61,183 bases of DNA from a virus (taxonomy: Duplodnaviria > Caudoviricetes): positions 1-61,183 of IMG/VR virus record IMGVR_UViG_3300023179_000113. The stretch is one strand, 5' to 3'. Both the position numbers and the translations under genes were made by a program. Shown in pieces: positions 39,501 through 51,500 of this stretch. The notes below the pieces were generated by a model that saw nothing but the letters and a program-made list of their open reading frames with translations, did not search any database and was not told the origin of the DNA. Position 1 is the first letter of the stretch; every line of letters begins with the position of its first letter.

Positions 39501-42500
39501 GCTGCATTATAAGGACCTTCTTTATGGTTTGGTTGAGCAACTCTAAAAGTTATTTTTGAGTTTGTATCTGCATTATTTGGTCCCAATCCAGTATTTGAAA
39601 TTGATCCAGTTACAGTCTCTCCGGTTTGAAAGACACCAGATATCATATTAATTTCTAAAAGTTTTGGAACACAATATTTTGTGACATCAACTCCATCAAA
39701 AAAAGCATACATCTGAGTGAGTGGTTTTATTTTTTTAGAAATGAATTGAATATTTCTTGACCTCATAAACGAAATTAGATTTCGACTTACAACTCTATCA
39801 CCAACAGATGATGCATCAAATTGCTCGGTAACAATAGTTCTATTTCCTGTTCTTGTCTGAACTCCAGTATCTCTTACCTCTCTTAGAGTATCTCTAAGAA
39901 CGGTAGTTGTTGTATCAGTTATAAATTGTCCTCCAGTTAAATCACCATTTCCACGAAGTCCCCTTTGACCCCATCTTCCACCACTGGTAGTAGTTTCAGT
40001 TCTTTCTCTTGTATTTTGAGTGACTTCCTGACCGGTCCAATTTGTTTCCCAAGAATTCCATATTGTTGGCGAAAATCCTGTCTGTGGGTCTACATTTAAA
40101 GTTCTACTTGCAGTAGCAAGGGTTTCTGCATAATTTCCTTCAGTATTAATGATTTTTGCTCTGATTCTTGTAGTGTCTACCCAGTTATCAGATGAGGGGG
40201 TAAGTTCTACGGTTCCTTGCCAAAAACTAACCAAAAATGGAGTCACACTTTCAGATCTTGTTGCAAAGGTTTGTTTAAACCATTCACGTTCTGCATAATC
40301 TAAAGTAATAATATCTGAAGATTTTCTAATATTGACTCCTTCTGGAGGTAAAAATTGAAGATCGGCATTTGGATCAACATTAATTACAGGTCCTACAATT
40401 AAATCTACAGAATTTGTATAATGTTGAGGTCTCAATTCCTTATTTTTTAAATCAATACTATTTTTATAAGAAACACCATCTTCTTGTGCAAGAAGTGAAG
40501 TAAAGTTGTCTACAAAAAATCCAGATTTAAATCTATTCAAACCATTTGAGTCTGGAACAAAAAGTCCTGCAGTATTTGTTTCCAATAATGAAAGTGAAGT
40601 ATAATACTCTAAATTTTTAATACGATTTTCAAGTTGTTTGATATCAACCATTCTATATCTTTTATGATCCAAAAATTCTATGGAAGATTGTGAAACATTA
40701 TAAAGATATGCTGGTAAAAATACTGTAGCAATTTCTATTGCATCATCAACAGATACTGGTTTTTCTGGTCTTTCTGCAGGGGTACCATATTTAACTTGCA
40801 ACTTTCCATCTTTTGAAAGATAAATTCGGTCAATTCTCCCCAAATAGAAAGAAAATGTTGTAAGAATAGATTCATCCGAGGCAAGAACATTTGCTGCAGA
40901 ATTTCCAGATGTATTAAAATTTCGACCATAAAACTCTAGTGGTGATCTGGAATTTTCAGATACGGTATATGAAGAAGTTCTTGGTCGAATATCAATAATA
41001 TCTGAATTTGAAATTCCATTCACACTTTGTATTTCTTTACTATAATCAAAAGTATCATATGAGTTTACTGTTGTAATATCTCCATTGTCTGATGATTGAT
41101 AATATCCACTTTGAAAATAAATTTTTAATCTTTTAGTTGGTTCATCAGAATCTGATTTTCTATTAATTACACCAAAATCATAAAATGTTCCTTCTTGTCC
41201 AGTAGAAAATGTATAATTTGAAGAAATATTGAAACTATTAATATTTAATGTTACAATAACTGCACGAATATTTGATTCTTCAAATACTAATGTTTCTCCT
41301 TCTTTAAAAGTATTTTGATTTTTGTATATAAAGGAAATTTGAGTATTTGTTAATTTTTCTGCACAGATTGCAATTGCGCCACTTGTTTGTCCCGTGATTT
41401 TTTCACCAACAATCAACTCAGAAGTTGTTGTGGATGGGCTTGTAATTGAGAATAAAACAGCAGTTGGTGCTGATGGATTTGTTGTATCTAATGATTCATA
41501 AATTGAATGAATTTCAATCACATCGGGGACATTTAGACATATATTTTCATCTTGAACTCTTGTGCCATAAGGATAGTTTCCAAAAGTTAATCCATCGTTA
41601 ATTGTAGTTCCACCGATTCCCGAATAATTATATTTTGATTTATCTACAATAACACTATTCACTCTATTTTTGAGTTTTGATTTTGCTTTTGGTTTTATTT
41701 TTGTAAGTGTCGTGACTAATGTTGCACCAGTGTCATTTGATCCAAGATTATAAATTTGAAGTTGAGTTGATCCAGATGTGAATGAGAACTTATCAGAAGT
41801 CAAAACTTCTGTGGATCCATCAGACCGAATCAATGAATATCTTTCTTCATCAAAAGGCAAAAAGGTTTCATTAGATCCGGCAACTGCTGCTGTTGAAAGT
41901 TGATTATTTAAAATATTTACTGTATAGGATTTTCTAATCGTTAAACTTGCATTTGTAAGATCAACAGAGGATATATTATTCTTTGGAAGTTTTGTATAAA
42001 GAGTGTTATCTGTGGAGTTTTCTAAATTTGTAGTCAATATTTGCAAATCTGTTACTGATAATGTTGTGGTTGGTAGTTTTCCTTGGGCAATTCCAGTAAC
42101 AGTAGTAACACCAGAGATTGTAATCGTAGTATTTCCCACACTAACAACTTTTGCAAAAACCGGATTTGATAATGAGGAATCACTATATGAGATTAAATTA
42201 TCTTTCTTAACACTATTTCCAGGAAACAATATATTTGGACTTGTGACAGTGCTAATTCCAGAAGAAAATGCTGAAATTGTAGCAATTCCAACAAAAAATG
42301 CAGTTGATTGAAGAACATCAGCCGTAAATGTAGATCCAGATCCCACAACACCATAAACAGACTTAACATCAGAAATTCCATATGATGTAATTGCAGTTGC
42401 TACTCTTCCATTTGCAATTCCATCAATTGTAAAAGACTCATTTGTTATGAATTCCCCTGTTTTTTCATAAACAGTTAATAGTGAAGAATTTGAAACAGAT

Positions 42501-44011
42501 TCTTTTAGGAATGCAGTTGCACCACTATTATTTCCTTTAATAAAAGTCGGAACGGAAAGAGTGATAGGTTCGTTTAAACTAATCTCAGTAATTGTTTGAA
42601 TATCATAGAGTGAAATATACCATTGATTAATATTTGAATTTGATGCATTATAAGATCCGGACTCTAATCTAAAATCATAAACTCTTGATAAACCAATTTC
42701 TTTCCCTGGAGCAGTTGTGCTTGCAATACCAACTCTTTCATTTCTCAAACTTAATACATAAGTATTTCCAATCCCAATTACAGGAGATCCATAAACTCTA
42801 TTTAAAATTAAAGTTGGTCCAGTATTATAATTAATTGCCTGATTTTCTAAAGTTTTTGTTGTTCTTGGTTTTGGTACGTCAAGAAATGTTGGACTGATAG
42901 TTTCAATTTCATATCCTCGAACAAATGCCTTTCCCGGAGAAATTTGGTAAACTGCCAAATCATCAGTCGGAACTGATCCACCATAAGTAAACTGACCAAC
43001 ATTAAAGATGCCACGGTTTCCAAGTTGATCATTTAGTGACTCTTTAACAGATACGTCAAATGGAGATACATAATAGTCTCCAGATTCTGCATAGGTTCTT
43101 CTTGCTAATTCATCTGTTAAATTGCTATAATCTGTAGTAGTTTTTTGAGATTTTAAAACACCTGCACTTACAGATGCAAGTTCTACAAAATTATTATCAT
43201 TAAAATCGTCTAAACTTTTTTTAAAAAGTGATACTGATATTCTAAATCTATCTGCTCCTGGTGCAGAATAATTATTAAATCCCTGAGAATTATCATTTAA
43301 ACTTTCATCAATATCTGGTGTTATAATTTCTTCGTTTACAAATAATCCAACTCTATAATTTGGAGTGTTACTATATTGATCTAAAATTAAAGTTTCTGTT
43401 GCTACTCTTACAAACTGCCCTCTTACAAAATAAACACCTTCAGTAATTGTAAATGCAGAACCAATAGAAGTTGCATTGTTTGCAAGAGTAATTGCAAATG
43501 TTTGTCCTGCCTGAATTGTACTATTTCCTAAGAGACCAGAATTTATTGTTGATCCGGCAAGAAGTCCTTCTCCATCAGAAAAAGTTTTTGTGGAATTATT
43601 TGCAGTACTTGAAGAAAGATAATTTACATAGAGAGTGAGATTACCTCTCTCAGAATTTGCTGCAAATAGTACATTATCAACAACAGCAGTTACACCAGAA
43701 GTTTGTCCTGTAATTTTTGTTCCAATTAATTGTGATACGTATGCCTCAACAGGAACTCCCAAATAAGAATTATTTAATTCAACCGCATAATATTGTGCAT
43801 TATATCCAGTATTTCCTGGAATAACTTTTGCACCCTCTTTGAAAAAATGCTGCCCAAATTTTTCAATCTGATTTTGTAAAATTGATTGTAAGGTTGTGAG
43901 TTCTCTTGCCTGTACGGGATATCCAGGTTTAAATAGAACCTTAGAATAATTGTTGTCAGAATTAAAATCATCAAAGTATGGAGATACGTTGAGATTAGTT
44001 TGTTGAGGCAT
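36524..44011 (-). CDS. Large virion structural protein (VrlC / DUF4815-like), 2495 aa
   Basis: NLNVSPYFDDF, VLFKPGYPVQARELTTLQ, APGADR, RFKSGFFVDNF, DPLAQSF; follows gp8. Confidence 0.85.
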   Translation of the reverse strand: MPQQTNLNVSPYFDDFNSDNNYSKVLFKPGYPVQARELTTLQSILQNQIEKFGQHFFKEGAKVIPGNTGYNAQYYAVELNNSYLGVPVEAYVSQLIGTKITGQTSGVTAVVDNVLFAANSERGNLTLYVNYLSSSTANNSTKTFSDGEGLLAGSTINSGLLGNSTIQAGQTFAITLANNATSIGSAFTITEGVYFVRGQFVRVATETLILDQYSNTPNYRVGLFVNEEIITPDIDESLNDNSQGFNNYSAPGADRFRISVSLFKKSLDDFNDNNFVELASVSAGVLKSQKTTTDYSNLTDELARRTYAESGDYYVSPFDVSVKESLNDQLGNRGIFNVGQFTYGGSVPTDDLAVYQISPGKAFVRGYEIETISPTFLDVPKPRTTKTLENQAINYNTGPTLILNRVYGSPVIGIGNTYVLSLRNERVGIASTTAPGKEIGLSRVYDFRLESGSYNASNSNINQWYISLYDIQTITEISLNEPITLSVPTFIKGNNSGATAFLKESVSNSSLLTVYEKTGEFITNESFTIDGIANGRVATAITSYGISDVKSVYGVVGSGSTFTADVLQSTAFFVGIATISAFSSGISTVTSPNILFPGNSVKKDNLISYSDSSLSNPVFAKVVSVGNTTITISGVTTVTGIAQGKLPTTTLSVTDLQILTTNLENSTDNTLYTKLPKNNISSVDLTNASLTIRKSYTVNILNNQLSTAAVAGSNETFLPFDEERYSLIRSDGSTEVLTSDKFSFTSGSTQLQIYNLGSNDTGATLVTTLTKIKPKAKSKLKNRVNSVIVDKSKYNYSGIGGTTINDGLTFGNYPYGTRVQDENICLNVPDVIEIHSIYESLDTTNPSAPTAVLFSITSPSTTTSELIVGEKITGQTSGAIAICAEKLTNTQISFIYKNQNTFKEGETLVFEESNIRAVIVTLNINSFNISSNYTFSTGQEGTFYDFGVINRKSDSDEPTKRLKIYFQSGYYQSSDNGDITTVNSYDTFDYSKEIQSVNGISNSDIIDIRPRTSSYTVSENSRSPLEFYGRNFNTSGNSAANVLASDESILTTFSFYLGRIDRIYLSKDGKLQVKYGTPAERPEKPVSVDDAIEIATVFLPAYLYNVSQSSIEFLDHKRYRMVDIKQLENRIKNLEYYTSLSLLETNTAGLFVPDSNGLNRFKSGFFVDNFTSLLAQEDGVSYKNSIDLKNKELRPQHYTNSVDLIVGPVINVDPNADLQFLPPEGVNIRKSSDIITLDYAEREWFKQTFATRSESVTPFLVSFWQGTVELTPSSDNWVDTTRIRAKIINTEGNYAETLATASRTLNVDPQTGFSPTIWNSWETNWTGQEVTQNTRERTETTTSGGRWGQRGLRGNGDLTGGQFITDTTTTVLRDTLREVRDTGVQTRTGNRTIVTEQFDASSVGDRVVSRNLISFMRSRNIQFISKKIKPLTQMYAFFDGVDVTKYCVPKLLEINMISGVFQTGETVTGSISNTGLGPNNADTNSKITFRVAQPNHKEGPYNAAVTTFSLNPYTSQVLQGTYSSTSTILNVDTFSLSNEPQGQFSGRVESGMVLIGGTSGAQAIITNVRLISDLSATLIGSFNVPNPNINVHPKFETGSKVFTLINNDSNDQNAATTIAEEGFTSSGTLETVQENIISVRNARIENKQEFENRSVSRTTGTQVISTQTVSQSTSQNVNIVWYDPLAQSFLVEDSTGVFLTRCDVFFRSKDDTDIPVTFQIRTMQGGFPTRKVLPFSEIILEPNQVSTSGDGSVATSFVFKAPVYLEGGQEYCVCIASNSTKYSVYICRIGENDLLTQTFISNQPTLGSLFKSQNASTWEPSQWEDLKFTLYRADFIQSGSAEFYSPELTEGNNQIATLLPDSLNLNSRKIRVGLGTTVQDSGLTLGNTVLQQGSNATGNFVGSAGISTGALSVINAGIGYTPSSGSATYSSVTLNTITGSGQGATANITISNGSVVSTGVTIASGGSGYQVGDVLGITTIGSLTIGQNARFSVGNITGINELILDNVQGDFLTGAGKTIQYINNSGLTTTLNSSVGGNVTISAINVVSDGLSIVVNHKNHGMYSNTNLVSISGAISDVKPTKLTSGYTFDSTSAILVDDSSAFSTFENVGVGTTNPGYLLIGNEIISYTSTSSGSIGGQIVRGSNPINYSTGTPVYKYELNGVSLRRINKTHNLSDVTTEDSITFDSYIIKLDTSANTGIARSTSSGYPTLYLNQTKSAGGYNIKASQNMPFEIITPMVQNVTVTGTSLSSEIRTISASSISGNEIPFIDTGFDNITLNQVNYLDSPRMIASKVNETQYLSTLPGNKSMNLRVFLNTIDSRLSPVIDTQRVSVILTSNRVNSVITNYAEDSRVNSISNDPTAFQYISKEITLENPGTSIKILLSAYNNLYSDIRAFYAISENQNFNPIFVPFPGYENLDSRGQIIDIQNNNGHPDAFVPLTSNTGFSPTDVSFAEYTFTADQLPAFRSYRIKIIMTSTSQVYVPRLKDLRVIALA

Positions 44012-44017
44012 AATTTC

Positions 44018-45574
44018 TTAGAATTGCAAAATAACTTTGATATCTTCTTTTTGATTTGATGATCTGGTGATTGACGGTCTATTGTCAACGTAAATTATAT
44101 TGCCAGAATATTTTTTAACTTCAGGATTTGCCAGACCATTTGTAAAAGATTGACCTAAGTAATATGTTCTATTATTTATTACAGTAGAAATACCCGTAAA
44201 TGTTGTACTAATTGAAAGAGTTGTAGTGCCATTAGTTGGTACAATTGACAAACTTCCACCCGTAGATGGAGAACTTGTAAAACGATTTAAGTTAAATCCA
44301 TATGGAGGAGTGGTCTGTTCTGTTCCGACTGTATTAAATCCTGCAACTGACCGATCTTGCCAATACTTTAAAACTCCGGTTGTTTGATCATAATTTATAA
44401 CTCTTCCAGAAGCAGTAACACCAGTTCCAATTGTCTGAGTAATATAACTATCTGCCACAAAAGTTGCCGAATCATATCCAATTCCTGTGAGTCTTAGGGC
44501 ATAAACTGCACTTGCCTTATCCAAGGACATAATTTGTGTAGATCCAAATGATTTTGGATTCTGAACAATTCCAATTCTTGCAATTTGATTTCCTGTTATA
44601 AAATCTGGATTTTGAACGTCATTTTCAATTCTTGAATATAAAAGAACGTTAATTGCACCGAGTTCTCGATAGATGTCATATCCGTGACCTCCTTGAGGTG
44701 GAATAATGACATTAAAGGTAGGTCTTGTGGTTCCTGTCGGAAATCCACCAGAAATCAAATCAACATTTCCATAAGTATATCCAGATCCTTGATTAGATAC
44801 TGTAATTGACTGGACTTTTTGATCATTATCAACTACAATCGTACACTCTGCTCCACTCCCATCACCTTTAATGGGGACTCTTGTATAAGTTCTATTTGCT
44901 GTTCCTAAACCAACTCCCCTATTTGTAATTGTTATAATTTTAACAGACCCATCTATTGCATTATTTCTAACTGCCGCACTTTCAGAACTTGTTTCCCAAT
45001 CTGAAGGAACGGGTATAAAGTCTGTGGACTCAAATTTTACAATTTCACTTGGTTTAATAGTATAAAGGTATTTCCATATATACTCATCTCCAGAAGAACC
45101 AGCAGACCTTGGTTCCAAATCTGTGAATGTTGGTTCGTCAAGAGATGGTTTCCCTGTAGGATTATCTGGACTAATTCCGTTGTGAAGACAAATATAAACA
45201 CGATAATCACTATTGATTACATAATAATTTGCTGAGTATAAATTAGTTGCTCCTGATATTGGAGCCGTATTTGAACTGCTATAGTCGTGACGATACATAT
45301 CATAAACAGTTCCAGAAGACCAAAATCTTCTTTGAATCACCAATCGAACATCACTTGCATTAATTTTCTTTAATGCAATCATCGTATCCCAATAATTATT
45401 CTCCTCATTAAAATTATCCTTCGGTGAAGGAGGACTTGTATTCCAATCTGATTGAAAATCTGTTGGATTTGGAAGACCAATAAAAGTATAATAAGAGTTT
45501 GTTCCAGTGCTTATTCCAGAAACAAAATTCTTTGCATTTAATATTCTAATTTGATCAGTTATGATTGCTGCCAT
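44018..45574 (-). CDS. gp8: Baseplate wedge subunit
   Basis: YDMYRHDY, VYICLHNG, YIWKYLYTI, SGNIIYVDNR, QKEDIKVILQF. Confidence 0.93.
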   Translation of the reverse strand: MAAIITDQIRILNAKNFVSGISTGTNSYYTFIGLPNPTDFQSDWNTSPPSPKDNFNEENNYWDTMIALKKINASDVRLVIQRRFWSSGTVYDMYRHDYSSSNTAPISGATNLYSANYYVINSDYRVYICLHNGISPDNPTGKPSLDEPTFTDLEPRSAGSSGDEYIWKYLYTIKPSEIVKFESTDFIPVPSDWETSSESAAVRNNAIDGSVKIITITNRGVGLGTANRTYTRVPIKGDGSGAECTIVVDNDQKVQSITVSNQGSGYTYGNVDLISGGFPTGTTRPTFNVIIPPQGGHGYDIYRELGAINVLLYSRIENDVQNPDFITGNQIARIGIVQNPKSFGSTQIMSLDKASAVYALRLTGIGYDSATFVADSYITQTIGTGVTASGRVINYDQTTGVLKYWQDRSVAGFNTVGTEQTTPPYGFNLNRFTSSPSTGGSLSIVPTNGTTTLSISTTFTGISTVINNRTYYLGQSFTNGLANPEVKKYSGNIIYVDNRPSITRSSNQKEDIKVILQF

Positions 45575-45594
45575 TTTACACTGTTTTTATCTAT

Positions 45595-48500
45595 TTATGA
45601 AATATATTTCAAATATTTTAATGGAATTTTTCTAGATGCAATTGATCCTGTTGAAATTCCAGTAAATCCATTATTAGTGTATGCACTATACAAATTTTCT
45701 TTGGATCTAGATGAAAGGTTGATTTTTCCCCAACTAAATTCACCATAAAAATTGCTATAACCAATTCCAGATAGTCCATTATAACTAGAAACACTTACTG
45801 TTACTTTTGCAACATAAGTGACTCCAAAACCAATTGTGGAAGTTTGTGCTATTGAAACTGCTGCTACCTGATACACATTGTCTAAGAAAGTTGATCCAAT
45901 TCCAACAGTTGATCCTAAACAATTAAGTGAAGTCACACCTCTACCGACATTGGAGTTATAGATCGTAAAATAATAACCAGTTTGAATTCCACTAATAGTT
46001 GTAACTCCAGTTATTGATGAATTTCTTAAAAATGAATTTGGTGAAATTAACATATCAAATACTAATCCAGTTGAAGCAACCCCAACAGAAGTTGTCGAAA
46101 TTCCGGATATAATTCCAAAATCTCCTTGATAAGAAATTACAGCATTATCTTCATAAACAAATGTTGGTGGTTCAATTAATACTTGTGGAACAGAAGTAGA
46201 TATGTACCCACTTCCACTATATGTAACTGCAATTCCTGTTACAACTCCACCAGATATGGTTGCAGTTGCAAGAGCAGTATTTTGTGCTGCTGTTGTTCCA
46301 AATCCAATTGGTTGAGAAATTGATACTGTTGGTGTGGTCGTATATCCAACTCCACCATCATTAATGACAATGGAAGTGACCGTTCCTCCAGAAGAAACTA
46401 TACAAGTTGCAGTTGCTCCAACTCTACCTTCTTGAGAAATTAATGTAATATTTTTTTGGAAGTTTAGAGATACATTATTTTCATTTATTGGATTAAAGAA
46501 TGGACGAATATTATCCACATAAATGACAGTAGAACCAATTCCAACAGATTGAATTAAATATGCCGTTGGATAAATTAGAGGTTCATATAAAATTCTACTC
46601 TTTCCAATTATTTGTTCATTAATAATTTTATCTTCGGTTTGTCGGCACCAAACAACAGGTCTTAATAAGTTTGAATCGTTTATATTGCCAGGACCAAAAT
46701 ATGGAAGTGTATCAACAGTATTTGTGGATGTAACACTAGTAACGGTTCTTTCATCCTCTTGGAAAGTTGCCGGTTGTCCAATAGAAGAATCATAACCAAT
46801 AGTTAAATCATCACCCTCCTTCACGGTTTCTAAAATATTTCTCTCTATTACATCAATAGAACCACTCCCCCTATAGAAAAGTATTTTTGAAGTATCTCCT
46901 GATTTTGGTGCCTCTGTAAATGTAATTACACTTCCACCATTAAAGGTATAACCACCACCAGGTATTTGTAAAGTATCATTAATAAAAATCAATAAAACAT
47001 CCTGAACATCTACAGGTGACCCCGGTGCAGAACGAATTGAAATAAGACTTCCAGAAACTGTGATTGGAAATTCTGTTCTAGATCCATCAAACAATGCATC
47101 ATAATTATCAAGAACTTGTAATTCACCAATTGACCATCCAGAAAATTCATCAGTGTATGTTTCTTGAATTGAAAGTTGAAATTCTTTAAAAGAAGCAGAC
47201 CCTGTAGTCGGAATTCCTGTTGTTCCACCAATTGCAACAGTTAAAATTTGTTCCTGACCATATCCATATCCAAGATTTGTAATTTCAAAATCAATTACAC
47301 TTGAACCTTGTCCCACCACAATACTTGCAGTTGCATTACCACCATTTCCAGAAACTGAAGAAGCACTATAAACTAATGGTATGTCTGAATATGAGAGTGG
47401 TGCATCAATAATTACTTCCGGTGGATTGGTTGAAGTATAACCTGTTCCTGGATTTGTAATTGCAATACTCACAATATTCCCATTATTTACCGCAGCTGTT
47501 CCAATATATTGAATACTCGGTGTTCCTGTGGATGAAGTTGTCACACCAACTCTTATACTAGTTTGTATTCCAGGTCTATATCCAGAACCACTATTTCCAA
47601 TGCTAATTGCAGAAATTGTTCCTGCAATAGAAACTGTAACGGTTGCACCAGCAGAAACAAGTGGTTGATATCCAAACCCTCCAGTTGATCCAACAGACAC
47701 AATAATTCCACCTCTTGGAAGAGTTGAGGCGTTCACATCATATGAAACTGATGATGCTGTTCCGGTAAAAGTAATACTTGTAATTCCTACATTTTCTGAT
47801 AAAGTGTAATCTGCATTTAATCCTGGTCCTTGAAAAATATCATTAATTAAAATGACCGCATTTTCATTACTAATTCCAGTCACACTAGATCCACTGGAAG
47901 TAAGAGTGAAATCTTTTTCACTACCATTGAAATTGTTTGAAATGTCATCAAAAACATAGTTTTTAGAATATGTTTCATCACTTGAGTTAGGAGTTCCTGA
48001 CCTTAAAAATACTCTTCCTTGAAAGGTTGAAGATACTGATATTCCAGTCCAATCTATTTCGTCAGGTTCGTTTGTAGGTGAACTTAATGGAATATTTCCG
48101 TATGGAGCTTCGGAGAAGTTTAGAGTATTGTCTACAATATTATAATTTCCAAATACTTTGGTAATCAGAGTTCCAGTAGAGTGTCCTACAACAGTAGTCC
48201 CCAACCAAGGTCTCTTAAGAAGAATTGAATTTGTGGATCCAATTCCTACACCATCAATTCTCATAATTTCATCATCAATTTTAATTAAATCTCCACCAAA
48301 AAATGATGTGATTCCTGTAAAATATGCAATATTTTCAGATATTAAAAGTTGTTTAGATAATGAAGACGTAATCGCACTGGATACAACAGGAGATTGAATT
48401 AAATTATCAATAGCAACAATAACCTTTGCATTTTGGTTGGTTGCATTAAAAGTATGAGAAGATCCGATACCAACGGAAGTAAAATTGAGAACTTCTGGAA

Positions 48501-51500
48501 TTGACTTTAGTGCATTTTGAGCACTCGAAGCTAGTTTAATTAAATTGTTACTTATTTTTACAACATAAACCGTTGCGGGTAACTTATCAGTGCTACCAAT
48601 ACCTACAAAACTAGTTGTTGCAATTCCAATTGCCTGAGTTGATCCTGCCCCTGCGTGTGAATATACAATTTCTTCTCCACTTACCAGAAAATGGTTTGGA
48701 ATTGTTATTGTATTGTTCAGTACATTCACAATCTGAGAATCACTTCCATCAAAATTTCTTCGAAATATATCATCATTTTTATGTTGGAGATTAAAATCTT
48801 TCTTTATGCTTCGTTCAGTTCCTTCATAAGTATTGCTATCTGTAACTATAGAAGAATTTGTCAAATCAATTTCTGTAATATCACTTGCTTCATCTGCAAT
48901 TTGCAATGCATTCATAAATGATTTTACCTGAACTTCAATATTTGGATTTGGAGTGAAGGTAATTTTTGTATATGTGTCTGTTCTAGATACACCTACTGTT
49001 CCAAGTCCAGATGCAGTTTCTATATTTGCAAATTCAGTAATAAAAGTATCTGTAGAATTGTGAAGAACTATAACCTCAGATAACTGATGATGATTGTTTA
49101 TAGGATCTGATACTTGAATTAAGAAATGAGCACAGTCATAATCAAAATTATCACTATTAATGTTAATATATTGTCCAACCGGAGTCGCAATCGGAGATGT
49201 TGATGATGCAATTGAAGTTGTTCTTGCTTCTAACAATGAATACTTCATATCAAAAGTTCCTACACCAGTATATGATGTATTTGCAATTGATATGTTGAGT
49301 GTGTTGCAAGTAACTGCTAATCCAGAATTTGGAATAAAATCTACAATTATATTTGAACCAGAAAAATATGGGTTGTAGGTTCCCAATCCAGCACTTGAAT
49401 ATGGAAGAGTAGAATTATTTGTCAATTGTCCATATTCTAAAAATTGAATATTTGATCCATCGTGAATGATATTCAATTCATCAAATTCATATTGTCCATT
49501 GCTTGCACTAATTTCAACTAAAACCTTTGCCGAAGTATATGTATTTGCGATGCTTACAATTGTACAAGTGGATCCTGCCGAAACTGAGGATCCACTTGTT
49601 CCTACTATGTTTACAATTCCACCATAATTAGCACTGCTAACACCAGACAGAACTCCCTTTACATCATAAGCAATAATAGAGACATTATAATCGTTTATAA
49701 TATATTTTATTGGATAAAATTCTAATATTCCTTCGGTTCCTTGAATTCTAAAATCGAATGATCCCAAATCATTAGTACTATAAACCTTTGCATATTGATT
49801 TAAAAATCCAGTTGCATCATTATGTAAAAGTGTGACAAATTCACACTGTCTTTCGTCAGCATATCTTTGATCTTTTGTGTATATAAAATATTTTTGTACT
49901 CTTGCATCTGATAATTTAAATCTATGAATATCTGAATAACGAGTTGCTCTTGGATTACTATTAAATTGTGAACTAATATCATCAATTGAGAGCACTCTAT
50001 TTCCCACAGATTCTTGATAATCCTGAAGAATTCGACTTGCAAATATAATTTCGTCAGAAAATGATGAATTACCAATTTGTAAAGAATTTTCTTTTACTAA
50101 ATCAAAATCATAAACACAGTTTAAATTTGCACTACCAACAATATTATTCAAAATTTCAAAAGATGTTAAATCTGTAGAAATTCCTACAGACAAAGATTGT
50201 GGAGAAGATGATTCTAATTGGTAATCAGCAAATTTTGTAAATCCTGCAGTATGATTCAGTGTACTTACTACATCATTCCAAGTATCATAATCTATTTTTG
50301 ATTTTATTGAATATGAAAAATTTTGATAGTAAAAACTATCTTGTATTTTTTGTAAATTATCGTTTAGAAATCCTGCATTAATCTGCCAACCCTTTTCAAC
50401 TTTAGAAGTCGCACCGGTTTCAAAGAAAGAATCTGTTCTTTCAATAGAAGTTATATTTCCTTGAGTTTTAGAAGTAAACCCTTTAATAATAGATCCAGAA
50501 TAAAAGTTATCATTTGAACTTACAGTAAGTAAATTGTTTTTTGGGTCCCAATTTTCAATTATTCCTGTAGAAGAATCTGATGTTACTGTTTCACCGGTTA
50601 AAAAATTATTTTTAGATAAAATTGGATTGAAAGTTGGGAAATATTTTTGTGGGATAATTCTTCCGGATGAATTGGTTGAACTATAATTTCCAGGAATTTC
50701 TGATGTATCTAAAAATTCGGCAAGACTATAACTTACAGATCCTATTCCACCTAAATTTGGAGTTACAGAAGTAAGTGTGAACAAATTATAATTATAGTCT
50801 TTAGAATTATATCCCCTTCCAGTAGATCCGACTCCCACACTTACATTTTCAATTAAAACTTTATCATTGACTTGAAATGGGAATGAATTTGCCGTACTAA
50901 ATCCAACAGATAATCTAACAGTTACACTTTTAGTTGAATTGTTAAAACTAATAGAATTGATGCCGACACCATTTGTATTTTCTGTAGGAAGAATTGTCGG
51001 TAAAGAATTATTAATTCCAAAAGTATTTCTTAAAATAGTAACTTGAGTATCACCCAATGAATATCTCAAATCAACTTCTGGAATAACATTTTGAGTTTTA
51101 CCATCAATAACAATTAATTTTGGTGCAGAACTATATCCTCTTCCAGCTGAAGAAATTCCAATTGAAGCAAATGATGCCAAGGGATCTACTTTTATGATTT
51201 GTGGCAGATATACTGTAGGTCTAACGGTATTATCTGAGGAAAAATCAAATCCAATATCAGATATTTTTGTTTTTTTGATTTTGCCAATACTGTTGCTAGA
51301 AGGTTCTAAGATTGCATTTGATCCAGAAACACTCACAATTGTTGTGATTCCTGGTAGTGAATAATAATTTTGTCCCCTATTCTTGATTTCAAATTTTGCA
51401 ATTGGTCCAAATGCCGAAGAAGATGTTGTTTCATAACTTATTACTGATGTTGAAGATCCATATGAAACAGATTCTGGAAATTCTGGCAAATTATAAGTAA